Source: Eledone cirrhosa (lineage: Eukaryota). From it: DNA of 64,000 bases. Under the pieces are notes generated by a model, which was not told where the DNA came from, did not search any database, and saw nothing but the letters and a program-made list of their open reading frames with translations. Positions 13,408 to 24,855 of this stretch are shown in pieces. Every line of letters starts with the position of its first letter. Positions within the stretch are counted from its first letter, which is position 1. The stretch covers positions 260,958,001 to 261,022,000 of the forward strand of contig OZ024740.1 of assembly GCA_964016885.1 (NCBI GenBank). Direction: 5' to 3'. A program made the position numbers and the translations under genes.

Positions 13408-13782
13408 TATATATATATATATATATAAAATATATATATATTTTTAATATATTTTTAAACAATATACAAGGATATATCAATTGAGAAACCAACTACCATT
13501 TAATATACATATACATAATTAGCAAATGATATGTAGATTTCAATACAAATTTATAGGTGTTAAATAAAACTGTACTCACATAAAGATTATATATATAGTG
13601 AAAAAGAAAGTGTGAACATTAGAAAACGTTCTATACAGATCATCATCACCATCTTTATTTTACGTCCGCTTTTCCCTACTTGCAGGGATGGAACAGGTCC
13701 TCTTCAGCACAGGATCTCTCCACTCATCATAAAACATATAGTTTAGAAGTCTATTTACATTGACTGATTAGCCAAATTTGCT

Positions 13783-13912
13783 CAGTGCACAGTCTTTCCT
13801 CACTTTAAAAAATATCTTCATGCACAGGCATTGCATAATAGAATTAATTAGTAATTATTAATAATGGTTTATCGTGCAATGGCCATACTCGATAACGAGG
13901 GGGCAGCCAACA
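13783..13912 (+). mobile_element. Short bipartite non-autonomous RTE derivative (5' UTR piece fused to 3' terminus)
   Basis: First part matches the reverse complement of 27160-27215; last part (tcgtgcaatggccatactcgataacgagggggcag) matches the reverse complement of 20912-20949. Confidence 0.75.
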
Positions 13913-13922
13913 TATATATTTA

Positions 13923-14493
13923 TACTAGCTAAAGTACCTGTCCTTTGGACGGTTCAAATAGCTTTCGATGTAGCTCATTAAACTAAACAAAGTAAATTTG
14001 AATACATAGAAGATAAACGTACTTTATGTAAACATGAAAACCTTAGGCACTATTCCAACGAAATAATTAATATGTGAGCTCGGTGTCATCCGTTATCCCA
14101 TGTAACAACAGAAATCCAGTCTAGGTATAAATTTTTTTGACAACAGTAAAACCTTTTGTTTCAAGTACAAAGAGTAAAGTAAAATCCGAATGAGCCGAAT
14201 TGTAATAATCAAAATCCGCAAACAAAATTTTTGACATCAAAAATGAGTTCCTATTGTATTGACGAAAGATAACTCTTGTCTTACTTAATCACGAAAATTG
14301 ACACAAATAACCGAAACTTTTTTAATGTCTCCAAAGGCCCCAATATCGATTTTTGAAAGCCTTTGTAGATCATGTACAGGTTTTGTGCAAGGAGAAGCTC
14401 TGTAAAAAATGTCAAAGAAATTGCATGAATGGTTTAGAATATATGAGCCCTCATTAAGAATTGTCCACACACACATACAGAAAACCTCATCTT

Positions 14494-14500
<7 letters not shown>
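13923..14500 (+). mobile_element. Possible non-autonomous Helitron/Helentron-like element
   Basis: Starts tactagct with a short subterminal hairpin (acctgtcc ttt ggacggt) and ends ctttatatatata; terminal pattern only. Confidence 0.35.
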
Positions 14501-14530
<30 letters not shown>

Positions 14531-14719
14531 AGTCCTATATGAGTGAGATATGGTCACCCAATCAATCTTGCCTCTCAAGTGGGACAATTCTCGTCTAATC
14601 CATGCTAGCATGGAAGATAGGCGTTAAACGATGATGATGATGATGATATGTATATATTGATTGGTTGCTTTTTAAGGCTACAGCCAGCAATTCAGTTGAA
14701 ATCTTATAAATAATATTAT

Positions 14720-15530
14720 CAATGCCTGTGCATGAAGATTTTTTTTAAAGTGAGGAAAGACTGTGCACTGAGCCAAAACCCAAAAAGAAGAAAAGATAAA
14801 CATCATCGGTATCTACTGAGCAGCAGGTTTCATGTCAGAGTTATTCCAGATTTTGGAAAACTCTCTGTGTGAAAGTATAGAAGCTCTTGTACTTAAGCAA
14901 AGACTCCGATGGAGTGGTCACCTTGCCAGGATGGAGGGTTCTAGGAGGATTCTATGAAGAGTTAGTTAAAGGAGCACGACCCCCACATAAATAAAAAAAA
15001 GAGGTATAAGAATTCGTTGAATGCCTCCTTGAAAGACACTAACATCTCTGCCGATACCTGGGAAAGCGTAGCTGCTGATCATAATAAATGGAGAAAGATT
15101 GTACATGAGGGAAAGTTGCTTTTGAAGCATCTCGAATCGAGAAAGTAAAATGGGATGTGGGGAAGGGCATTGCTGTTACATTTCTAGACAGCAAAGGTCC
15201 TCCTATAGAGCTGACATGTAGTGTCTGTGCAAGACTCTGCCTCAGCAAAGCTGGACTCGATAGTCATCTTCGCAGTCATAAAGTGAGACCAGTGGTTGAC
15301 TACCAGGCTGCTATTGGAGCTGCTGCTCATCATACCTGTCAGACATGTGGAAAAGAGTGTAGATCAGCAGGAGGGCTCAAACAACATGTAAAAGTACATG
15401 ACGACCAACCACAGCCGGCTATTGCCAGTGAAAGTTTTTATCATGGTTGCCAACTATGTGAAAGACATTTTAGATCATCGGCTGGGCCAAAAAGCCACAT
15501 ACTAAAAAATGAGGGGACAGCCATCATATG
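14720..15530 (+). mobile_element. Second copy of the C2H2-RTE: inverted 5' UTR piece (14720-14849) joined to the 3' end with three zinc fingers
   Basis: ORF 15157-15549 is highly similar to the end of ORF 21304-22422; 14720-14849 matches 27162-27318. Confidence 0.85.
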
Positions 15531-15932
15531 TATATATATAGGCATATAGATATATAGATAGGTATAAACATACGTATTTATATATGCCACCCTTTTTCTG
15601 TAAAGTTATGTTGGTACCACAGAACATCCAGTCCACACTAAAGTGATCATGTAGGTGTTACGTCAAAAAGCATCCAGTCCATGCTGTAAAGTGGTCATAT
15701 AGGAGACACAGTAAAAAGGCTTCAAGTCCACACTGCAAATGTGGTTGGTGTTAGGAAAGGCATCCAACCATAGAAAACCTGCCAGATACAGTCCTATACG
15801 AGTGAGACACGGTCACTCGACCAATCTTGCCTCAAGTGAGACGGTTCCTGTCTAACCCATGCTAGCATGGAAGATAGACGTTAAACGATGATGATGATGA
15901 TGATGATGATGATGATATATATAATATATATA

Positions 15933-15994
<62 letters not shown>

Positions 15995-15995
15995 A

Positions 15996-16088
<93 letters not shown>

Positions 16089-16362
16089 TTTTCTTCCCCT
16101 TTTTATTTTTATTTTCTTCATTATTATTATTATCATCACTATTTGTACAAATATGCAACTTAACAATATTCTGCATATCTGCAATTGACAATGCATATAA
16201 TGCTAAAACCGGTATTGTAAATAAATTAATGTTTTGATATCTCACTGAAAAAAATCTCTTAAACATTTTCTACTGAAAGAATCTTTTTTCCTTTCTACTA
16301 TTTGTTTTTATATATATCAACTCGTGTGTTACTTTTCTACATTCGATATATATATATATATG

Positions 16363-16812
16363 TGAAGCCTGCATGTTCCGATGGATGTGTAATAGTAATA
16401 TATGCGAATGGCAAAGTATAAACGAATTGAGAGAGAGACTGAGCATCAGAGGAATGAAATGCTGTGTGTAGGAGAGGAGGTTACGTTGGTATGAACATGT
16501 GATGCCTATGAAGGATGACAGCTGCATAAAAAGGTGCAGAGCATTAGAAGTCGATGGAAGCCGCGGAGTGGGGAGACCCAAGAAGACCTGGGATGAGGTG
16601 ATAAAGGCCGACCTTACCCAATTGCACCTCTCAAAAGCAATGACACATGACTATGACCTCTGGCGTCACGCAGTAACACATAAGACCCCCCCCCCCCCAC
16701 AGGAACAAGCCGAAGCTGAAGCATATAGACAATAATCCCCCACTGCAAAGTGGTCGTAGAGGTGCCACAGCAAAAAAGCACCCAGCACTCACTGTAAATG
16801 GGATTGGTGTTA
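16363..16812 (+). mobile_element. 3' fragment of the PHD-RTE family
   Basis: Near-identical to 24209-24700 (KDDSCIKRCRALEVDG..GVGRPKKTWDEVIKADL). Confidence 0.9.
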
Positions 16813-17205
16813 TTGTAATATTATTTATATTGGTTATTTATACAATAGGGAATAAAATAGTGTTAACTCGTTACGGTTGAGTCAATAACTTCAGACATGG
16901 AATACATTGTTTTCAGTGAAGGAAAGACAAGATTCTAATTGGATGCCCTCAAAGTGTCCTTGACCCAGTTGACTGTGGGTTTTTACATTTTTAGGATCTC
17001 AATTGCCGGTTAATGTGTAGACACACCTGCACACCTGCGGTCAGACCATAGTTATGCTGTCTGCATGCTCATTCAAATGCATTCACACTGGCTGTCTCAA
17101 AGACATACAAAAAAGTATGACCCCGATGGCAGAGCTCAACCCGTTTCGACGGCTATTTCTGGACTGTGCGTTATTGTCCATCTGGTTCCTTTCCACAATT
17201 CCTTC

Positions 17206-17285
<80 letters not shown>

Positions 17286-18390
17286 TGGTGCTCTGAAATT
17301 GTGTAGTATACATGTTTAATTCAAAACATTTTAAAGACCATTCGGCAGAAGCAAAAGAGTGAGTGGTCTTGATAGACGCTAACGAGCACGAAACAGCTGT
17401 CGATCACTATTCTTTGCTTTTGCCGAGAATAAGTAAGTGACGTAGTCACTACTTTAAAACTCATAGCGAATGGCCTTCAAAATGTTTTTAATTAAACATA
17501 CAGTATATTGCCAAATATACTATACATACATTTATATATATACATATATATATATGTGTGTGTCTGTGTTTGTGTGTGTGGGTGTGTGTTTATATATCTG
17601 TATATATATATATAGACAGTATGACCCTACCCCCTTCCACTGTAAAGTGGTCGTGTAGGCGCCACAGTAAAAAGAACTCAGTATTCACTGTAAAGGAGGT
17701 TGGTGTTAGGAAGGGTATCCAGCAAGCAAGCAGCCTCATTACACTAAATTTTATAGAGGACCATCAGCATCCTTTTGTTCTAGCGGTGGCAGAGAGAAAC
17801 AATTGACAATAATATTATCTCTAGGTTATTGCCCTTTGTCAAGATTGAGTATCTCTCACTAGAACTCTTGAGAATATAAAGTATTCTCTAACCTATACAT
17901 TGGCTGATTAGTCTAACTTGCATATTGAGCGGTCTTATGGCTGACTTTGCCAAAAATAGTAGATAGGTAGATGCACTAATGACTTTTATATTGAGCAATA
18001 GTAATATTCGATCTGTTTGCAATCAAACGTATCGAATATTATTGTTATTCAATGTAAAACTCATGAATGCATTTACGTATCCATTATGTTAGAGCAAAAT
18101 TAATTTTGTTTATTCATATTTATATACACACACATATATACATACACACACAAACACACACATATATATATATTATATATATATGTAGGAGGTGAGTTTT
18201 ATTGTAGTACAATAAAGCAATATGTTGATTTAAAAATGCACTATCCACAAGTGTTTTTTAACCTTCATATCATGTCCTCCTATTTTATCTGATGAAAACA
18301 CAAATGTTATTGCATGATGATATTTGTTTTTGAAATGCGCATAATAAAATACATGGAACTCATTTAATCATCTTTTGATCTTATATATAT

Positions 18391-18462
<72 letters not shown>

Positions 18463-19135
18463 TCACATTCCACAGAATTACTACTATAAAGAAGAAGATA
18501 GTAATATATTATCTAAGGTTGACCCAAAACTGATGTATTTTGGCACTGTAACAAGATCATAATAAAATGTTTTTTTTTGTGTTCTTCCATTGAAAGATTT
18601 GCTGGAGCATTCTCCTATTTATTGCTTTGATGCTCCAATTCTATAGAATTACTTTCAATACCCTACAATAACAATTTCTAATTTAAGCCACCAAATTTTT
18701 TGTGGGGTGGGAGGGGAAAGTTGATCAAATTTGACTCCAGTATTTGGCTGGTACTTTATTTTATTCCTCTCCAGAAATATGAAAAGCAATGTTCACCTTA
18801 GCCGCTGCATGAAAAGCAATGACACCCTTAGGTGACTCACTGTTTAAAAAAAATTTTTTATTCATCATTAGTTTTTATTCTTTAACACTAATCATCAAAA
18901 ATTACATTGGCTGAATGAATATGAACAGGTTTTTTTTTCTCGTTTTTTTTCCCGTACCTTCCCCTTCTGACTCTTTATTTTTCTATTCCATTTTTTATTT
19001 CTCATTCTATTTTCTGATGAAAGACTGGTAACATTAACACTCTTTTACTGTTATTTCAAATGGTAAACTAATATATTTCTTCATTGTCTTGAGTCGTTTG
19101 CTTTGTTATTTCTAGTTACTTTTTACATATATATA

Positions 19136-19180
<45 letters not shown>

Positions 19181-19183
<3 letters not shown>

Positions 19184-19570
19184 ATTAAATAAATGGAAAC
19201 TATATTTATAAAACCATATTTATTTCGTTATATATATTTCAGGGATATCATATTAACAATATGTTATGCCATCTTCCGACAAAATACAATATAAACAGTC
19301 TTATAAATAAATAGATACGACATACCTTTCAATCACCTTGCATTTGGGAGGTTGATTTGGTAGTAAAAAATATTGTGGACAGTTGTACTACCAAATCAAC
19401 CTCCCAAATGCAAGGTGATTGAAAGGTATGTTGTATCTATTTATTTATAAGACTGTTTATATTGTATTTTGTCTGAAGATGGCATAACATATTGTTAATA
19501 TGATATCCCTGAAATATATATAACGAAATAAATATGGTTTTATAAATATAGTTTCCATTTATTTAATATC
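19181..19570. repeat. Near-perfect palindrome, ~185-bp arms with ~19-nt loop (Penelope pLTR-like)
   Basis: gatattaaataaatggaaac...ggtagta / tactacc...gtttccatttatttaatatc; only two mismatches noticed; (TA)n on both sides. Confidence 0.95.
19465..19530 (+). ncRNA. Minimal type I hammerhead ribozyme
   Basis: Stem I tattttgt/acgaaata; CTGAAGA 19473-19479; GAAA 19511-19514; stem III T-ATAT-A with palindromic loop; AUA cleavage triplet. Confidence 0.7.
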
Positions 19571-19660
19571 ATAAATATACTCCAAATACTTGTTGAGTGC
19601 TTTTATATCAGTTATAAATATTTACTCGTTGTTAACCCAACAATTTAAATATAACTTTCC

Positions 19661-19844
<184 letters not shown>

Positions 19845-19898
19845 ACGTATGTATATATATATATGTATATATATATATTATTCATTATTTATCATTAA

Positions 19899-20090
19899 CA
19901 AGGGCAGTGGATTGGCAGTATTGGTAGAGGGTCGGACGCCATCTTTCGAGCATAGTTATGTCCCTTTACGGTCTGAGTTCAAATCCTGCCGAGGTTAACT
20001 TCGCCTTTCATCCTTACGGGGTCGATAAAATAAAGTACCAGTAATACACAGGGTAATTGCTGGCCTTGTGCCAAAAGTAGAAACAATTAT
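19899..20090 (+). mobile_element. SINE family 2 (tRNA-like head; gcctttcatccttacggggtcgataaaataaagtaccag domain)
   Basis: B-box gagttcaaatcc; copies at 34459, 40063 (-) and 59584 (-). Confidence 0.85.
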
Positions 20091-21004
20091 TTATCATTAA
20101 CATTAACTTACCTATAAGCTAAATAAGCTATAGCTTAGCGTCATACACCCATAGGGGCCTCATTTTAAAAAAAATATTATTCTTTTTCTATATGGCAAAT
20201 CAATTTAAGTTAAGTTAAACAAAATATTTTTAAATTCTTCTTCTTCTTCTTCTTCTTCTTCTTTGTCTCCCACTTATTCCTTTGAGGGTTATAGGACAGA
20301 GTCCTCAGACACTCCTTTCAGTGGGTCCTATCAGAAGCAACAGTCCCCAATTGGTCTGGATGGATCCCCAAGCTCAGGTATGTTATCCAACCATTTCTCT
20401 CAGGGTCTACCCTTGGGTCTCCTCGTTTATTCATTATAATTATTTCAATGGTTCCCTTATGCAATCCATGATGTAAAATATGCATTTGTTGTTATGGGAA
20501 TGGTATCTTCAGATGAAAATCCAATTTTGTGATGCTGCAGGCAAAAAACACGTCCTTCTTTTTGTGTGCCCGTCTGGCATATGAGTTCTTCAAGGGTCCT
20601 TCCAGCCATTGTATTTACAATTTGTGGAACGAGGCATTATCTTTGTGTCAATTAGTGAATCTGATCACATCCACCAACCGTAGATTCGTGATTGTAAATT
20701 ATCAAAGGAATCCATCCTGGATTAGGAAAAAGTTTATTGGAGTACTTACTACAAACTACCTCCTGTGTTCCTCCAATTTACGTTTCTGTTAGTCTGCCTA
20801 CAAGTGGGCACACCTCCTGTGTGCCCACTATCCTTAGTGATAATTCTAGTGGAAAAATTAAGGATAATATCGAAAATATAGACAGATCATATACATACAT
20901 ACACATATGATCGCTGCCCCCTCGTTATCGAGTATGGCGATTGCACGAGGAGAAAAAAAAAAAAAAATTAATAAATAAATAAAAAATAAAATAAAAATAA
21001 AAAA

Positions 21005-21060
<56 letters not shown>

Positions 21061-22537
21061 ATATACACATATACACACATATATATACACACACACATAT
21101 ACATTAATAACAATAATAATAATAATAATAACAACAATAATAGTAACGACAATAACAACAATAATAATAATATACATATATATACACACACGCGCACACA
21201 CATAAACATATCTATACACACACACACACGATAGCAACTAACAACGCTGCGATCGAATGTGGCTTTTTAGCCCAGCCAATGATCTAAAATGTCTTGCACA
21301 GAGTCAGCAACCAAAACATTCACTGGGAATAGCCGGCTGTGGTTGGAGTTCATGTACTTTTGCATGTCGCTTGAGCCCTCCTGCTGATTTACATTCTCTA
21401 CCACATGCTTGGCAAGCATGATGAGTAGCATCTCCAACAGCAGCCTGGTAGTCAACGACTGGTCTTACTTTATGACTGCGAAGATGACTTTCCAGTCCAG
21501 CTTTGCTTAGACAGAGTCTGGCACAGACGCTGCATGTCAGCACCATAGGAGGACCCTCGCCGTCTGGAAGTGCAACAGCAATGCCCTTCCTCACATCCCG
21601 CTTTACTTTCTCGTATGCGATTCGAGATGCCTCAAAGGCAACTTTTCCCTCATATACAGTCTTTCTCCATTTATTACGATCAGCAGCAATATTTTCCCAT
21701 GTATCAGCAGATATGTTAGCGTCTTTGAAAGAGGCTCTCAGCAAATCCTTATACCTCTTTTTTGGTTTATGTGGCGGTCGTTTTCCTTTAACCAACTCTC
21801 CAGAAAAGAGTTGTTTTGGTATTCTAGAATCCTTCATCCTGGCAAGGTGACCACTCCAACGGAGTCGTTGCTTAAGCACAAGAGCTTCTATACTGTCACA
21901 CATAGAGCTTTCCAAAATCTCGACATCACTGATGTGGTCCCTCCAGTGAACGCCATGGATCCGTCTGAGACACATCTGATGGAAACGCTCCAATTGCTTA
22001 AGGTGGTCTCGATATGTGACCCAGGTCTCGCAGGCATAAAGAAGACAAGAGAGCACACATGCCTTGTACACCTTTACCTTTGTCCTCCTGCATATGTCTC
22101 GCCGATCCCAGAGTCGCCTTTCTAGCTTTCCAAAAGCATCACTTGCTTTCCTAATCCTAAGTGAGATTTCACTGTCAAGGTTGCTGTATCGATTGACAGT
22201 GCTTCCCAGGTAGACAAACTGATCAACAACTCCAAGTCGTTTACCATACACATAGATATTTGGTTCAGTGTACTGCTTACCAGGGGCAGGTTGGTACATG
22301 ACGACGGTTTTCTTGAGACTGACAGTCAATCCTAGGGCAGTGCAAGCGTCAGAAAATGCATTCAAAATGTGCTGCATATCACTCTCTGTGTGCACTACAA
22401 GATCGCAATCATCTGCATACAAGAGGTCTCTTATGATTGATGTAAATACTTTTGTCTTTGCAGCAAAGCGCCTAATGTTAAATATGCTGCCTGAGGTTCG
22501 ATATCGGATGTAAACACCATGCTCGCAATTCCTGAAT

Positions 22538-24556
22538 GCATGGAAAGAATGGAAGAACGGGGGGAGCAGGGTACATTACATAGAGACCAAGAGGGAAGCT
22601 AGGCGACAAGTATACTTAGCTAGGAGGGAAGCAGAGGATAGAAAATTCAAGCATGTTTTACAACGTGAGGACCAGAAACAGGAGGTATTCAAGATTGCGA
22701 GGCAGTGTGTCAGAGATAGTTGTGATGTCATTGGAGAGAAGTGTATCCGGAATGATAAAGGTGAGCTTGCCCTCACAAGTGCTGAGAAGAAAGATGCATG
22801 GAAGAGTCATTATGATAGATTACTAAATGAGGAGAATGCATGGGAAGAAGAGACCCTACCCCACGTAGACCCTATAGAGGGACCAGCAGTACAAGTCAGC
22901 GGCAGCGTAGTAAGTAAGGCAATCAGAGATATGAAGATAGGGAAGGCAACCGGTCCATCGGGTATAGCTGCCGAGATGCTGAAGGCATCTGGGTCTGTAG
23001 GTCACACTATAACCACACGTATCGTTAACCAGGTAATACTAGAGGGGGCCATACCAAAAGATTGGTGCAGTAGCATCATTGTCAACTGCTACAAAGGTAA
23101 AGGCGATGCACTAGATAGAGGAAACTATAGAGGTATAAAGTTGATGGACCAGGTCATGAAAGTAACAGAAAGAGTTATAGCACAGCTGATTAGGGACCGG
23201 GTGAATATAGACGAGATGCAATTTGGGTTTGTTCCAGGGAAAGGCACCACTGATGCGCTCTTCCTTGTGAGGCAATTACAGGAAAAGTACCTAGCTAAAA
23301 GTAAGCCACTCTACTTGGCATTTGTCGACCTTGAGAAAGCCTTTGACAGAGTTCCACGTGCAGTAATCTGGTGGGCTCTTAGAAAACTAGGAGTAGATGA
23401 ATGGCTTGTGAAAGCGGTACAAGCCATGTATAGGGGAGCAGTCAGCAAAGTTAGGATTGGCAATGAGTATAGCGAGGAATTTAGCGTACAGGTTGGGGTC
23501 CACCAGGGCTCTGTTCTTAGCCCTCTCCTGTTCATCATAGTCCTGCAGGCAATAACGGAGGAGTTTAAGACCGGATGCCCATGGGAACTCCTGTATGCTG
23601 ATGACCTCGCACTCATAGCTGAATCTATGGTAGAACTAGAGAATAAATTCCAAACCTGGAAGCAGGGACTAGAGAGAAAGGGCCTCAAAGTCAACATGAC
23701 AAAGACTAAGGTCCTTATAAGTAGACGAGAAAACAGAACCCAGATCCCCTGCGGGAAATGGCCTTGCTCAGTATGTAGGAAAGGTGTAGGTAGGAACTCC
23801 ATTCTTTGCCCCAAATGCAAACAATGGGTACACAAGAGATGTAGCGGGATCTCAGGAAGCTTAATTAAGAATGTAGGATTCACATGCAGCAGCTGTGCTG
23901 AAACAGCAAGCAAACAGCCACAGGAAACAAGTACCACCAATCTCTGGGAGGGCCCTGTAGAAACAGTAGACAGCTTCTGCTACCTAGGTGACCGAATTAG
24001 CAACGGAGGTGGGTGCTCAGAAAGTACAATAACTAGGGTAAGAACGGGATGGAAGAAGTTTAGGGAACTACTACCACTGCTAGCTGCAAAAGGCTTCTCC
24101 CTCAGAATGAAAGGCAGACTGTATGATGCGTGTATCCGAACAGCGATGTTGCATGGTAGTGAGACCTGGGCGCTGAAGGTGGAAGACTTACGTAGATTAG
24201 AGAGAAACGAAGCCTGCATGCTCCGATGGATGTGTAACAGTAATATACGTGAACGACAAAGCATAAATGAATTGAGAGAGAGACTGAGCATAAGAGGAAT
24301 CAAATGCTGCGTGCAGGAGAGGCGGTTACGCTGGTATGGACATGTGATGCGTATGAAGGATGACAGCTGCATAAAAAGGTGCAGAGCACTAGAAGTTGAT
24401 GGAAACCGCGGAGTGGGGAGACCCAAGATGACTTGGGATGAGGTGATAAAAGCCGACCTTACCCAACTACACCTCTCAAAGTCAATGACACACGACCGTG
24501 ACTTCTGGCGTCACGCAGTAATACAGGGTACCCGACCTCCCATGGGTACATGCTGA
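22538..24556 (+). CDS. RTE-type reverse transcriptase with internal PHD finger (5'-truncated, uninterrupted frame)
   Basis: Frame is open from AWKEWKNGG (22538) through NYRGIKL, QFGF, FVDLEKAFD, QGSVLSP, YADD, a C4HC3 finger and LRWYGHV. Confidence 0.95.
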   Translation, partial: AWKEWKNGGSRVHYIETKREARRQVYLARREAEDRKFKHVLQREDQKQEVFKIARQCVRDSCDVIGEKCIRNDKGELALTSAEKKDAWKSHYDRLLNEENAWEEETLPHVDPIEGPAVQVSGSVVSKAIRDMKIGKATGPSGIAAEMLKASGSVGHTITTRIVNQVILEGAIPKDWCSSIIVNCYKGKGDALDRGNYRGIKLMDQVMKVTERVIAQLIRDRVNIDEMQFGFVPGKGTTDALFLVRQLQEKYLAKSKPLYLAFVDLEKAFDRVPRAVIWWALRKLGVDEWLVKAVQAMYRGAVSKVRIGNEYSEEFSVQVGVHQGSVLSPLLFIIVLQAITEEFKTGCPWELLYADDLALIAESMVELENKFQTWKQGLERKGLKVNMTKTKVLISRRENRTQIPCGKWPCSVCRKGVGRNSILCPKCKQWVHKRCSGISGSLIKNVGFTCSSCAETASKQPQETSTTNLWEGPVETVDSFCYLGDRISNGGGCSESTITRVRTGWKKFRELLPLLAAKGFSLRMKGRLYDACIRTAMLHGSETWALKVEDLRRLERNEACMLRWMCNSNIRERQSINELRERLSIRGIKCCVQERRLRWYGHVMRMKDDSCIKRCRALEVDGNRGVGRPKMTWDEVIKADLTQLHLSKSMTHDRDFWRHAVIQGTRPPMGTC

Positions 24557-24855
24557 AGCATATAAACAATATGCCCCCCCCCCCCACCGCAAGGTGGTCG
24601 TGGAGGTGCCACGGCAAAAAAGCACCCAGCCCACACTGTAAAGTGGACGTGTAGGCGCCACGAAAAAGCACCCAGCACTCACTGTAAATGAGGTTGGTGT
24701 TAGGAAGGGCATCCAGCTGTAGAAATCAAGCCAGATCAGTTCCTGTATGAGCAAGGCATGGTCAGCCGACCAGACACTGCCCACAACAGGACAACCCGTC
24801 TAACCCATGCTAGCGTGGAAGAACGGACGTAAAACGGTGATGATGATGATGATGA
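22538..24855 (+). mobile_element. Young 5'-truncated PHD-RTE nested in the older RTE
   Basis: Intact ORF, 3' UTR and (GAT)n tail; the host RT continues on both sides on the minus strand. Confidence 0.95.

Noticed and set aside
15157-15549. Host C2H2 zinc-finger transcription factor
   Set aside because: It is the 3' end of the RTE LINE seen at 21245-21900.
21304-21306. True stop codon of the C2H2-RTE ORF
   Set aside because: The copy at ~15450 has CAA here and continues through a third finger, so this is a nonsense mutation.
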